Shown here piece by piece: positions 20,096 to 29,426 of a stretch of 64,000 nucleotides of DNA. Made by a program: the position numbers and the translations under genes. Source of the DNA: Bacteroidota bacterium (GTDB taxonomy: Bacteria; Bacteroidota; Bacteroidia; Flavobacteriales; BACL11); the NCBI GenBank assembly GCA_028408365.1, contig JAOOLD010000002.1, positions 80,409-144,408 on the forward strand, given 5' to 3'. Below the pieces are notes generated by a model. It searched no databases. It had not been told where the DNA came from and saw only the letters and a program-made list of their open reading frames with translations. The stretch's first letter is position 1. Every line of letters begins with the position of its first letter.

Positions 20096-22556
20096 CCTCC
20101 CATTCTATTTCTGGAGCAATATCTTTTTTTTCATCTACAGTATCATTAATATTTTTTATAATCTCATTAATAATTTTTTTTTCTTTTTCAATTTTGTTAT
20201 TGATTTTTGCTCTAAATTTTATGTTATCGAATTCAATTTTTGTGTCATCAGTAGTTCCTATCATTTTAAGATAAATTGCACTGAGACCTTCATTGTTTGA
20301 TTTAATCTCACCAATTTCTTTATTTATTTTAGTATTCTTTTTTCTGAATTCGTTTGACATGAGCTCGGATAGAAGAAGAGTAATATCATAGTTGATCTCA
20401 TTGTTTAAAGAGTGAGTGCCTGAAACAATTAAACTTAAGGCTGATGATATAATTTGCATTTCAGGTATTGTTATAAGATTATCTTTAATTTCTATCTTAT
20501 TTTCAAGCTTGGAAAATTTAACATCTTTTAAGTCTTCAACATTAACGAAATTAGATAAATTTCTTAAAGGTTTAAAGTTAATTAATTCTCCCCTTTCTAT
20601 AGTCAGATTAGAATTCATTGTTAATCTTTCTTTTATGAAATTCATTCTATTATCCCAAACAGCTGATAAATTAATATTTGCAGTACCAATTCCTTTAATA
20701 TGTTTTGATTCTATGAAGCTTTGATTGAAGTTATTAAAAGAATTAAATGCTTGTCTAATATTTATTGAACTGAAGTTAAAACTTGTGGATAGCTTCAATT
20801 CATCCTCTATAGTTTTGTATAGCTGCATATCTCCTTCAAACTGACCATTTAGTGCAGAGGTTTTTGTGTTTCTTAAATTCAAAACTTGGTTGTCAATTAA
20901 AAAGTCTGTTGTTAAATTTAATGCGTCAAAACTATTGTATGTAAAGTTTTTGCTTGTCATGTTTATTTGAAGATTAACCCATTTAGGTATGACAAACTCA
21001 TCCTCGTTTAATTCTATAGTTTTATTTTTTTTAAATAAATCATCTAAGTTAACATATGTGGAATTTGTAGATCCTTGAAGAAAAAAATTTGTTTTCTTCC
21101 CCAAAATGTACTCTGGTATATTTAAAATCTTACCACTGAATTCAAAGTCTGATTCTCCGCTTGTAATATAACTTTTATAAACATCAAATTTTTTATTATT
21201 TAAATTAGCATCTAAAAACTCAAAGTTAAATGTGTTTTTGAAATTATTTAATTTATAGGAAAAGTTTTTAGCATCTAATTTGAAGTTGTATTTTGATGCT
21301 AAAAATTTATTTTTAAACTCATTGTTGAATGAAAATTTTCCAGAATAATTACAAGCTACAAATAAATTACCAGTAATAGTTTCCACATTATCTTTTTTAA
21401 GTAACATTTCCAAATCACTTCCTCCAATTTTTGTTTTCATATCAAGATTTATAAAAAAATCCTGTAGATTTTCTATAAAAAAATCTCCACTAAACTCGCT
21501 GTATTTTGTTTTGGCAAAGAAATTATCAAAAGTAAACTTTGTTGAACTTAAATTAGCATATTCACCATTCGAAACTTTTCCGCTAAATTTCATGTCTTGG
21601 AGATTTAATTTTGATTTGTTAAATTTTAAACTTCCGTCCTGAACAAAATATTTAATATTAACTCTGGGGTTCTTTAAAGATTCATCTTCTTTAATGATAC
21701 TTCCATTAAAAGATATTAAAGAGTTCAAGCTTGTACTCTCAAATAAGTAATCAAGATACTCAGGGCAATTCTTTCTAACATTAACAATTTTCTGGTTCTT
21801 AAAATCAAATTCTATGTTAAATGACCTCCACTCATTTATATTTCCAGAGACTGATTCTGATTCTAAATCATCAATTTTAAGTTTTTCAAATTTATAATCA
21901 ATTTGATTTTTTTTAATGTTAACATTTCCATTCAAATAAAGCTGTTTATTATCCAAGTGATTTTTACTAAAAATTAAATCATCACAATACAAATTACCAT
22001 TTAAATAAAAATTATTGCTTGATTTGCTTGTAATATCAAGATCTTTGATATTGAAGAAAATTTTATTGTTTTTTTGTAATTCAGAGTATCTGAAATCAGA
22101 ATTAAAAATTTTAATTCTGTTAAAGATTTTTTTATTTACATCAACATCGGAGCTAGAACTTTTGAATATATTAAAGTTTGTATGTTGGTCTGATTTGTAA
22201 AGGTTAATCATGCCATCATTTATTTCAATAGTTGAGAAATAAATATTATTAGTCAAAAGCTTGATTAATGGTAAATGTAATTGGCATTCTTTTGCAAAAA
22301 ACAAGGTGTCGTTTTCAAAATTAGATTCTTCTTTAACATAAATGTTTTTTATCGAAATTGAAATATTTGTTAAATTTTTAAAAGCAGATAAATCAATGTC
22401 TTCAAAAGAGCAGTCTGCTGAGATAACCTCATTAATACTATTAGTGATACTTTCTTTTATGAAATCGGATTTGTATTTAGTAAAAAAAAATACCACTGCT
22501 ACAAAAAGAAATAATAAGATAGATATTAGTAAGAATATTTTTTTTACTACTCCCAT
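20082..22556 (-). CDS. AsmA-like family protein
   Basis: N-terminal TM anchor, long beta-rich body and AsmA-like C-terminus (FSKLENKIEIKDNLITIPEMQI..SGTHSLNNEINY). Confidence 0.75.
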   Translation of the reverse strand: MGVVKKIFLLISILLFLFVAVVFFFTKYKSDFIKESITNSINEVISADCSFEDIDLSAFKNLTNISISIKNIYVKEESNFENDTLFFAKECQLHLPLIKLLTNNIYFSTIEINDGMINLYKSDQHTNFNIFKSSSSDVDVNKKIFNRIKIFNSDFRYSELQKNNKIFFNIKDLDITSKSSNNFYLNGNLYCDDLIFSKNHLDNKQLYLNGNVNIKKNQIDYKFEKLKIDDLESESVSGNINEWRSFNIEFDFKNQKIVNVRKNCPEYLDYLFESTSLNSLISFNGSIIKEDESLKNPRVNIKYFVQDGSLKFNKSKLNLQDMKFSGKVSNGEYANLSSTKFTFDNFFAKTKYSEFSGDFFIENLQDFFINLDMKTKIGGSDLEMLLKKDNVETITGNLFVACNYSGKFSFNNEFKNKFLASKYNFKLDAKNFSYKLNNFKNTFNFEFLDANLNNKKFDVYKSYITSGESDFEFSGKILNIPEYILGKKTNFFLQGSTNSTYVNLDDLFKKNKTIELNEDEFVIPKWVNLQINMTSKNFTYNSFDALNLTTDFLIDNQVLNLRNTKTSALNGQFEGDMQLYKTIEDELKLSTSFNFSSINIRQAFNSFNNFNQSFIESKHIKGIGTANINLSAVWDNRMNFIKERLTMNSNLTIERGELINFKPLRNLSNFVNVEDLKDVKFSKLENKIEIKDNLITIPEMQIISSALSLIVSGTHSLNNEINYDITLLLSELMSNEFRKKNTKINKEIGEIKSNNEGLSAIYLKMIGTTDDTKIEFDNIKFRAKINNKIEKEKKIINEIIKNINDTVDEKKDIAPEIEWEDDSI

Positions 22557-23279
22557 TTATAATCTTTTGAGAATACTCACTTCTTTTTCAGTCAAGAATC
22601 GATACTTACCCCTGACAGTATTTTTTTTTGTTAAACCAGCAAAAGAAGTTCTATCTAATTTAGTTACTATGTACCCAAGATGCTCGAAAATTCTTCTTAC
22701 AATTCTATTCTTCCCAATATGAATTTCAATTCCTATATTTTTTTTTGTTTCTAGAAAAGATATTTTGTCGACTTTGACAGGGCCATCTTCTAAAATGAGA
22801 TTCTTTCTGATTTTTTCAAAATCACTTGATTTCAAATTTTTATTTAATTCAACTCGATAGATTTTACTTATTTTGTTGCTAGGATGACAAAGTTTTTTTG
22901 ACAAATCACCATCATTTGTAAACATTAGGACCCCAGTTGTATTTCTGTCAAGCCTTCCGACAGGATATAACCTCTCTCTGCAAGCACCACTAATTAAATC
23001 TAAAACTGTATTTCTTTTTTGAGGATCTTTCATTGTTGTGATAAAGTTTTTTGGTTTGTTTAGCACCAGATATTTTTGCTTTTCGGCTTTAATTACGGAA
23101 TCATTAAATTTTACAATATCATTAATATCTACTTTATAGCCCATTGAAGTTATGATTTTGTTATTCACTTTAACTAAGCCCAAAGAAATAAATTTATCAG
23201 CCTCTCTTCTTGAACAAATGCCAGAATTAGAAATGAATTTATTTAATCTAATTTTTTTAATTTCTCCTCTCAAAATCAA
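22557..23279 (-). CDS. rRNA pseudouridine synthase, RsuA/RluB family
   Basis: S4 domain RLNKFISNSGICSRREAD, LNKPK, YPVGRLD, GKNRIVRR. Confidence 0.92.
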   Translation of the reverse strand: MILRGEIKKIRLNKFISNSGICSRREADKFISLGLVKVNNKIITSMGYKVDINDIVKFNDSVIKAEKQKYLVLNKPKNFITTMKDPQKRNTVLDLISGACRERLYPVGRLDRNTTGVLMFTNDGDLSKKLCHPSNKISKIYRVELNKNLKSSDFEKIRKNLILEDGPVKVDKISFLETKKNIGIEIHIGKNRIVRRIFEHLGYIVTKLDRTSFAGLTKKNTVRGKYRFLTEKEVSILKRL

Positions 23280-24478
23280 TACTTTATAAACTTAGCTCCT
23301 TTGCTACCTATTGATATTATGTACATTCCAGAAGCAAGCTTATTTAATTTAATATTTTTCGAATTTGAGTTTTCAGACAGAGTTATCTTCTGAACATAGT
23401 TTCCGCTGACATCATATATAAAAGCTGGCTCACCATTAAAAGAACTACTAATATTTATTTTAAGTTCTTGCACATTATTATCATAACTTATAACGAATAT
23501 ATCTTTAAAATTATTATCAGTGCCTAGTGATTGGTTGCAGGGTAGTAGATTGTAAATGAAATCTCTTGAAAATTCAAGACCTTGAATAAATTTAGGATTT
23601 ACAACACCAAACTGTGCCCATTCGTGATTTGTAAAATTAAGTTCGAGCAATTGATTATTTAGACCTTGATTATTTGCCTTCATATGAATTTCGTTTGAAC
23701 CACACAAGTTTAATAAGGCAGGATTGTTTAGAGCTGGGCTACAGTTGTAATTAACCACAAGATCTAAATCCCCATGAACACTAACTATTGGTTCTTCAGC
23801 AGAATTGATCCAACCTAAATCATGTATACCACCTGCAAAGTTAATTACGCCGTTGATTTTAGATGAGAACCCAAAATTACCTGCATCTCCTTCTAGCGTA
23901 CCTCCAATTGAAGATAATCTGGATAATATATTTTGAGGTAATTCTTGCTCGTTGTCTATGTAGGCGTGGTGAATAGCAATAACTCCTCCAGCAGAGTAGC
24001 CTCCAATAAAAATTGCACTCGTATCTATACCATATGGGTTACCATTAATATAACTCTCTTTGAAAAATCTGATTGCTGCTCTGGCATCAGCTAGAGATTT
24101 TAGCACTGCATCTATCTGAGCATTTGTTGATAAGAAAAAAGTTAATATGTTGGATAGTCTATAGTTGACTGATGCAGTGACATACCCTCTTTTTGAAAAA
24201 TATTCACAAAAATCAACACAGTCAATTGTTGATTTATCTCCGGCGGTAAACGATCCTCCATGAAAATAAAGTATAAGTGGTCTATTTTGCAAACTGTCTC
24301 CAACAGGCGTGTACACATCCATCTCATGCTCGCTATCAAAAAAAATATCGGAGTAACTAGTAGTGGACACATCAACATTTGAGAAAATTTCATTCATGTA
24401 TCTCCCGTTACATTGACTAGCTGCATTATTTAGAAAAAACAGAAAGCAAATAATTAACAAATATTTATTTTTTTTCAT
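23276..24478 (-). CDS. Secreted alpha/beta hydrolase (esterase/lipase) with type A T9SS CTD
   Basis: Signal peptide, FHGGSF oxyanion motif, GYSAG nucleophile motif, HGDLD, and C-terminal IYDVSG..LASGMYII..KFIK. Confidence 0.85.
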   Translation of the reverse strand: MKKNKYLLIICFLFFLNNAASQCNGRYMNEIFSNVDVSTTSYSDIFFDSEHEMDVYTPVGDSLQNRPLILYFHGGSFTAGDKSTIDCVDFCEYFSKRGYVTASVNYRLSNILTFFLSTNAQIDAVLKSLADARAAIRFFKESYINGNPYGIDTSAIFIGGYSAGGVIAIHHAYIDNEQELPQNILSRLSSIGGTLEGDAGNFGFSSKINGVINFAGGIHDLGWINSAEEPIVSVHGDLDLVVNYNCSPALNNPALLNLCGSNEIHMKANNQGLNNQLLELNFTNHEWAQFGVVNPKFIQGLEFSRDFIYNLLPCNQSLGTDNNFKDIFVISYDNNVQELKINISSSFNGEPAFIYDVSGNYVQKITLSENSNSKNIKLNKLASGMYIISIGSKGAKFIKY

Positions 24479-26168
24479 CTTCCATTTTCATTATGACTTT
24501 ATCAATTTCCTCATCATTAATTCTACTGAAAAGGTGTTTTGGCGTACCAATTTTATGTCCTTCATTAATTATTTTAGATATATTAAAATCCCAAGAACAA
24601 TTATTTTTCATGTCAATTATTTCTCTTAGTTGAAAAGAGCTAAAAGGTAAAAAAGGCTCTGAAATTACTGATAAAGCAGCAACTACTTTGATTGAAATAT
24701 TCATTATTGTTTTTACTCTTGTTTCATCATTTTTAATCAACTTCCAAGGTTCAGTTTCGGTTAAGTATTTGTTGCCAAGTCTTGAAATGTTCATAAAACT
24801 CGTCAGACTCTTTTTAAACTCAAACTTTTCAATGTAATAACCGACTAATTCAATTGATTTTTCAGTCTCTTTTAAAATATCTTTATCAATACTCTGTAAA
24901 TCACTTATTTTTGGTACGATTCCATCATAATATTTATTTGTCAAAACAATAACACGGTTAATAAAATTTGCGTAGATATCAACAAGTTCATTATTATTTC
25001 TATTTTGAAAATCCTTCCATGTAAAGTCAGAATCTTTTTTTTCGGGACTTATAGCACATAAATAGTATCTTAACGAATCTTGCTTGTCCTTAAAATCTTT
25101 CTGAAACTCATGTAACCATATAGCCCAGTTTTTAGAAGTAGAAATTTTTCTTCCCTCTAAATTTAAAAACTCATTTGAAGGAACATTTTTAGGTAATATA
25201 TAATTCCCATGAATTTTTAGTAGAATAGGAAAAATTATGCAATGAAAAACAATGTTATCCTTACCTATAAAATGAATGAGCTCAGTTTCATCATTCATCC
25301 AATAATCTTTCCAGTTTTTATTATTCTCTTTTGCCCAAGCTTTAGTTGAGGAAATATATCCTATGGGAGCATCAAGCCATACATAGAGAACTTTTCCATC
25401 AGTGTTTTTAATTGGTAATTTTACTCCCCAGTCTAGATCTCTAGTCATTGCACGTTCATTCAACCCATTGTCAATCCATGAATTACATTGACTAATTACC
25501 TGCGATTTCCAGTCTTTTGAGTTATGTTTTTTCTTTTCATTAATAACACCTTCATTAATCCATTCTTTTAACCACTTCTCATGCTTTTGCATGTCTAAAA
25601 ACCAATGTGTTGTATCTCTTAGCACAGGACTATTTCCACTAATTTTTGATTTTGGATTTATGAGTTCGTTTGGACTAAGTGCGGTCCCACAATTCTCACA
25701 TTGATCGCCATATGCATGTTCATATCCACATTTTGGACAGGTTCCTTCAATATATCTATCAGCTAAAAATTGATTTTCTTGTTTGTCAAAATACTGTTTG
25801 GTAGTTAAGATTTTGAAAGCATTATTTTCATTAAGTTTTAAAAAAAAATCCTGAGCAGTCTTGTGGTGAGATTCTTCAGAAGTTCTATGAAAAAAATCAA
25901 AATCTATTCCAAAGTCTGAAAAAGTCTTTTTGTTAAGATTGTGAAATTTATCAATAATTTTTTTCGGAGTAGTTTTATTTTTTTTTGCTTGCAAAGTTAT
26001 CGCCGCTCCGTGCTCGTCAGAACCACAAATAAAAGCCACATCATTTCCTTTATTTTTTTGATATCGCACAAAAATATCGGCAGGTAAATAAGCCCCTGCC
26101 AAATGCCCAATATGAAGTGGTCCATTTGCATATGGTAGCGCAGATGTAACAGTAAACCTTTTTTTCAT
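24465..26168 (-). CDS. metG: Methionine--tRNA ligase (short form)
   Basis: ALPYANGPLHIGH, CPKC and CENC zinc knuckle, YVWLDAPIGY, FIGKDNIVFH, KISTS. Confidence 0.97.
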   Translation of the reverse strand: MKKRFTVTSALPYANGPLHIGHLAGAYLPADIFVRYQKNKGNDVAFICGSDEHGAAITLQAKKNKTTPKKIIDKFHNLNKKTFSDFGIDFDFFHRTSEESHHKTAQDFFLKLNENNAFKILTTKQYFDKQENQFLADRYIEGTCPKCGYEHAYGDQCENCGTALSPNELINPKSKISGNSPVLRDTTHWFLDMQKHEKWLKEWINEGVINEKKKHNSKDWKSQVISQCNSWIDNGLNERAMTRDLDWGVKLPIKNTDGKVLYVWLDAPIGYISSTKAWAKENNKNWKDYWMNDETELIHFIGKDNIVFHCIIFPILLKIHGNYILPKNVPSNEFLNLEGRKISTSKNWAIWLHEFQKDFKDKQDSLRYYLCAISPEKKDSDFTWKDFQNRNNNELVDIYANFINRVIVLTNKYYDGIVPKISDLQSIDKDILKETEKSIELVGYYIEKFEFKKSLTSFMNISRLGNKYLTETEPWKLIKNDETRVKTIMNISIKVVAALSVISEPFLPFSSFQLREIIDMKNNCSWDFNISKIINEGHKIGTPKHLFSRINDEEIDKVIMKMEDEKK

Positions 26169-26225
26169 TTATTAATTCAGAAAAAATTATATTAGCAAAT
26201 ATAACTTTTAGTTTTAGTTTATAAG

Positions 26226-27122
26226 ATGAACAAAGAACCTTCTTTATTAAAAAAAGGAGATGTTGTTTCAATCATTTCCACTGCAAGAAAAGTAGTTCAA
26301 AAGGATATCCAAAAAAGTATTGATATCTTATCAGGCTGGGGATTGAAAGTTGTATTAGCCAAAAATATATACGAATCTCACCATCAGTTTTCAGGTGACG
26401 ATACAATTAGAAAAGATTCATTTCAAGAATTATTAGATTCCAAAGAAATTAAAGCAATCTTTTGTGCTAGAGGAGGTTATGGAACAATAAGATTGATTGA
26501 TGAGCTTGATTTCCAATCATTTATTAAGCATCCAAAATGGATTATTGGATTTAGCGATATTACAATTTTGCATTCAAGCTTAAATATTATGAAATATTGT
26601 TCAATACATTCTTTTATGCCAATTAATTATGAATCAATTTCAAAAAAAAATCTTAAAAATTTATATCAAATTTTATTTAGGGGAAAAAATAATATAGAAT
26701 GCTCCCCAAATTCTTTAAACAAAACTGGATTTGTTAAATCTGAAATAGTAGGAGGTAACCTATCTATATTATACAGTTTGCTAGGTTCAAAATCAGATAT
26801 TAAAACAGATAATAAAATTCTTTTCATAGAAGATCTCGACGAATATTTATACCACGTTGACAGAATGATAATTTCACTAAAAAGAGCTGGAAAATTTAAT
26901 AATGTAAAGGCAATGATAGTTGGTAGTATGACAAAAATGCATGACAACAAAATTAAATTTGGAATGAATGCTAAAGAGATAATTAAATATCACACAAGAG
27001 AATTTAACTTTCCAGTATGCTTTAATTTTCCTGCTGGACATCAAAAAAATAATAGACCTATAGTTCTTGGAAAAGTTTCAAAATTAGAAATTAACTCCAA
27101 TTTAGTATGTTTGTCACAATGA
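26226..27122 (+). CDS. ldcA: LD-carboxypeptidase (S66 family)
   Basis: ARGGYG, GFSDIT, GGNLS, FIEDLDE, PAGH. Confidence 0.88.
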   Translation: MNKEPSLLKKGDVVSIISTARKVVQKDIQKSIDILSGWGLKVVLAKNIYESHHQFSGDDTIRKDSFQELLDSKEIKAIFCARGGYGTIRLIDELDFQSFIKHPKWIIGFSDITILHSSLNIMKYCSIHSFMPINYESISKKNLKNLYQILFRGKNNIECSPNSLNKTGFVKSEIVGGNLSILYSLLGSKSDIKTDNKILFIEDLDEYLYHVDRMIISLKRAGKFNNVKAMIVGSMTKMHDNKIKFGMNAKEIIKYHTREFNFPVCFNFPAGHQKNNRPIVLGKVSKLEINSNLVCLSQ

Positions 27123-27433
27123 ATGATTTAGAAAAGCATTTTGATCAGTTCAGAAAAAATATTAACGAGGGTAATTTAAGCATAAAGCCTGGATGGATTA
27201 GGCTATCATTGCATCCAACAATGTTGAATAAAGAAGTGGTGTATGTGATGAATAGTATTTCGGAACTTGCTCAGAATTTTAAAGAGTGGTCAAAAGATTA
27301 TAAATATGTATCTAAAACAAATGAACTTGAGTTTATAGCTGAGAACCATTCTTGCAAGAACAAAATAGATCAGAAAGCTGGTTTGAACTATCTCTTATCT
27401 AATTTTTTAATTACTTTTTTTACTTTGAAATAA
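27119..27433 (+). pseudogene. Internally deleted remnant of a class V PLP aminotransferase-fold gene
   Basis: MNDLEKHFDQFRKNI (N-terminus-like) is joined directly to NEGNLSIKPGWIRLSLHPT..ELAQNFKEWSKDY (C-terminus-like) with no PLP core. The ATG overlaps the ldcA stop. Confidence 0.65.
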
Positions 27434-27690
27434 TCCGAATCTTTTACAGGAGAGTTTCTCATTGCAGATTTTTTGCATTTATAATCAATTATTAAATCTT
27501 CTCTCAAAACATTTATTTCCGTACTAATGTGAGAAAGAGGCTCAACGTCACTGACATCAAGCTTATCAAGTACCTTAATAAAGTTTAAGATTTTTTTTAA
27601 ATCTTTTTTTATTGCAAAAAAATCTCCCTCTTTAAATTCAAGTTTTGCAAGTGTGCTAAGCTGACTTATTAGTTTGTTAGATATTTTCAT
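27388..27690 (-). CDS. gatC: Asp-tRNA(Asn)/Glu-tRNA(Gln) amidotransferase subunit C
   Basis: LAKLEF, ILNFIKVL, DVSDVEPL, VLRED, NSP..YFKVKKVI. Confidence 0.85.
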   Translation of the reverse strand: MKISNKLISQLSTLAKLEFKEGDFFAIKKDLKKILNFIKVLDKLDVSDVEPLSHISTEINVLREDLIIDYKCKKSAMRNSPVKDSDYFKVKKVIKKLDKR

Positions 27691-28417
27691 TTACTTTTAG
27701 TTCTTGATCTATCTTATCAAAGACAAAATTATTTAATTTTTTTAAATCATTTTTGTCAAAATTTCTGATTTGTATTGGATCAAGATATTTAATTCTAGAA
27801 ATTCCGGGAGAACCTTTGAAATAAGACCACGGAAATCTTTTTTTATTGTCATATATGACAACTGGAAGTATATCAGTACCACTTTCTAATGCTATTTTAA
27901 AGGCTCCATTTTTAAATCTTCTCAATCTAACTTCTGGGTTCGGAATTCCTCCTTCAGTAAAAACACAAACACTTATTTCCTCATTAACTACTTGCTTGGC
28001 TCTGACATAAGCATTATATGAATCTCTTAAATTCTGTCTATCAACGCTTATTGAATTTTTTTTGAAATAATATCCGAAAATTGGAAACTTAGTAATTTCT
28101 GATTTTCCAATAAAAATTAGAGGAATATTAGCTGTGGAGTAAATTAAAGCTATGTCCAAGCTAGAAACATGATTTGAACAAATAATGTATGTTTTATTTT
28201 TCTCAATTTTTTTCGATAGTTCTCCTCTAACTAAAATACCTGAGAAAAAAAGTAAACATTTCGACCATAATTTTGATATCTTAAAAATCTGTTTTTTGTT
28301 TGGTAATAAGTTCGTGAATAAGAAAAGGGCAGGTAAAAACAATATTTGAGTAAATACAAAAAACAAAAAAACCCAACTTCTCCATAAGAGTGAGAGAAGA
28401 TACTTTCCAAATCTCAT
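27677..28417 (-). CDS. plsC: 1-acyl-sn-glycerol-3-phosphate acyltransferase family
   Basis: NHVSSLD (NHx4D), FTEGG, FKNGAF. Confidence 0.85.
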   Translation of the reverse strand: MRFGKYLLSLLWRSWVFLFFVFTQILFLPALFLFTNLLPNKKQIFKISKLWSKCLLFFSGILVRGELSKKIEKNKTYIICSNHVSSLDIALIYSTANIPLIFIGKSEITKFPIFGYYFKKNSISVDRQNLRDSYNAYVRAKQVVNEEISVCVFTEGGIPNPEVRLRRFKNGAFKIALESGTDILPVVIYDNKKRFPWSYFKGSPGISRIKYLDPIQIRNFDKNDLKKLNNFVFDKIDQELKVNENI

Positions 28418-28421
28418 AGTA

Positions 28422-28429
28422 CAAATATA
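28422..28429 (-). promoter_or_regulatory. -7 box TATATTTG, 4 nt before the plsC ATG
   Basis: TATATTTG-tact-ATG on the minus strand. Confidence 0.65.
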
Positions 28430-28456
28430 AAAATCTACTATTTTTGAAGAAAGTCT

Positions 28457-29425
28457 ATGGCAAGAATTTTAACAGGTATACAAAGCACAGGAACACCACA
28501 CTTAGGAAATATATTAGGTGCAATAATACCTGCTATTGAACTTTCTACCGATCCAAAAAATCAAAGTTTATTTTTCATTGCAGATTTACATTCTTTTACA
28601 ACAATAAAAGACAAGCAGTTGTTAAGAAAAAATACATACAATACAGCTGCTTGCTGGCTTGCTTTTGGTTTTGATACTGATAAAAATATTTTTTATAGGC
28701 AATCAGACGTAACCAGAGTATGTGAACTTACTTGGTATTTAAGTTGTTTTACACCATATCCAATGTTGGCAAATTCTCATTCTTTTAAAGATAAGTCTGA
28801 TAAACTTTCAGAGGTTAATACAGGACTATTTACTTATCCTGTTCTAATGGCTGCAGATATATTATTGTATGATGCGAATATTGTGCCAGTTGGAAAAGAT
28901 CAAAAGCAACATCTAGAAATAACCAGAGATATTGCTAGCTCATTTAATCATAAATTTCCAAATTCTCTTACTGTACCGCAAGAAAAAATTGATAAAAAAG
29001 TAATGATAATACCTGGAACTGATGGTCAAAAGATGAGTAAGTCATATAACAATTTTATTGATATTTTTTTACCAGAAAAAAAATTAAAGAAGCAAATTAT
29101 GTCAATTAAAACTGATAGTATTTCTGTTGATGATCCGAAGAATCCAGATAATTGCACAGTTTTTAAACTGTATGAAATAATAGCTGATAAAAGTGATGTT
29201 TTGGATCTAGAGAAAAAATATAGAAAAGGTGGATATGGATATGGTCATGCAAAGAAAGACCTTTTTGAGGTTATACTTGAAAAGTATAAATCACAAAGAG
29301 AATTATACAATCATTATATCAACAATCAGAGTTTAATTGAGCAGAAGCTAATCAAGGGCGCTGAAAAAGCAAATGAAATAGCTATAACAGTTATAGACAG
29401 AGTTAGAAAAAATATTGGATATTAA
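28457..29425 (+). CDS. trpS: Tryptophan--tRNA ligase
   Basis: GIQSTGTPHLGN, YPVLMAADIL, VPVGKDQKQH, KMSKS. Confidence 0.98.
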   Translation: MARILTGIQSTGTPHLGNILGAIIPAIELSTDPKNQSLFFIADLHSFTTIKDKQLLRKNTYNTAACWLAFGFDTDKNIFYRQSDVTRVCELTWYLSCFTPYPMLANSHSFKDKSDKLSEVNTGLFTYPVLMAADILLYDANIVPVGKDQKQHLEITRDIASSFNHKFPNSLTVPQEKIDKKVMIIPGTDGQKMSKSYNNFIDIFLPEKKLKKQIMSIKTDSISVDDPKNPDNCTVFKLYEIIADKSDVLDLEKKYRKGGYGYGHAKKDLFEVILEKYKSQRELYNHYINNQSLIEQKLIKGAEKANEIAITVIDRVRKNIGY

Positions 29426-29426
29426 T

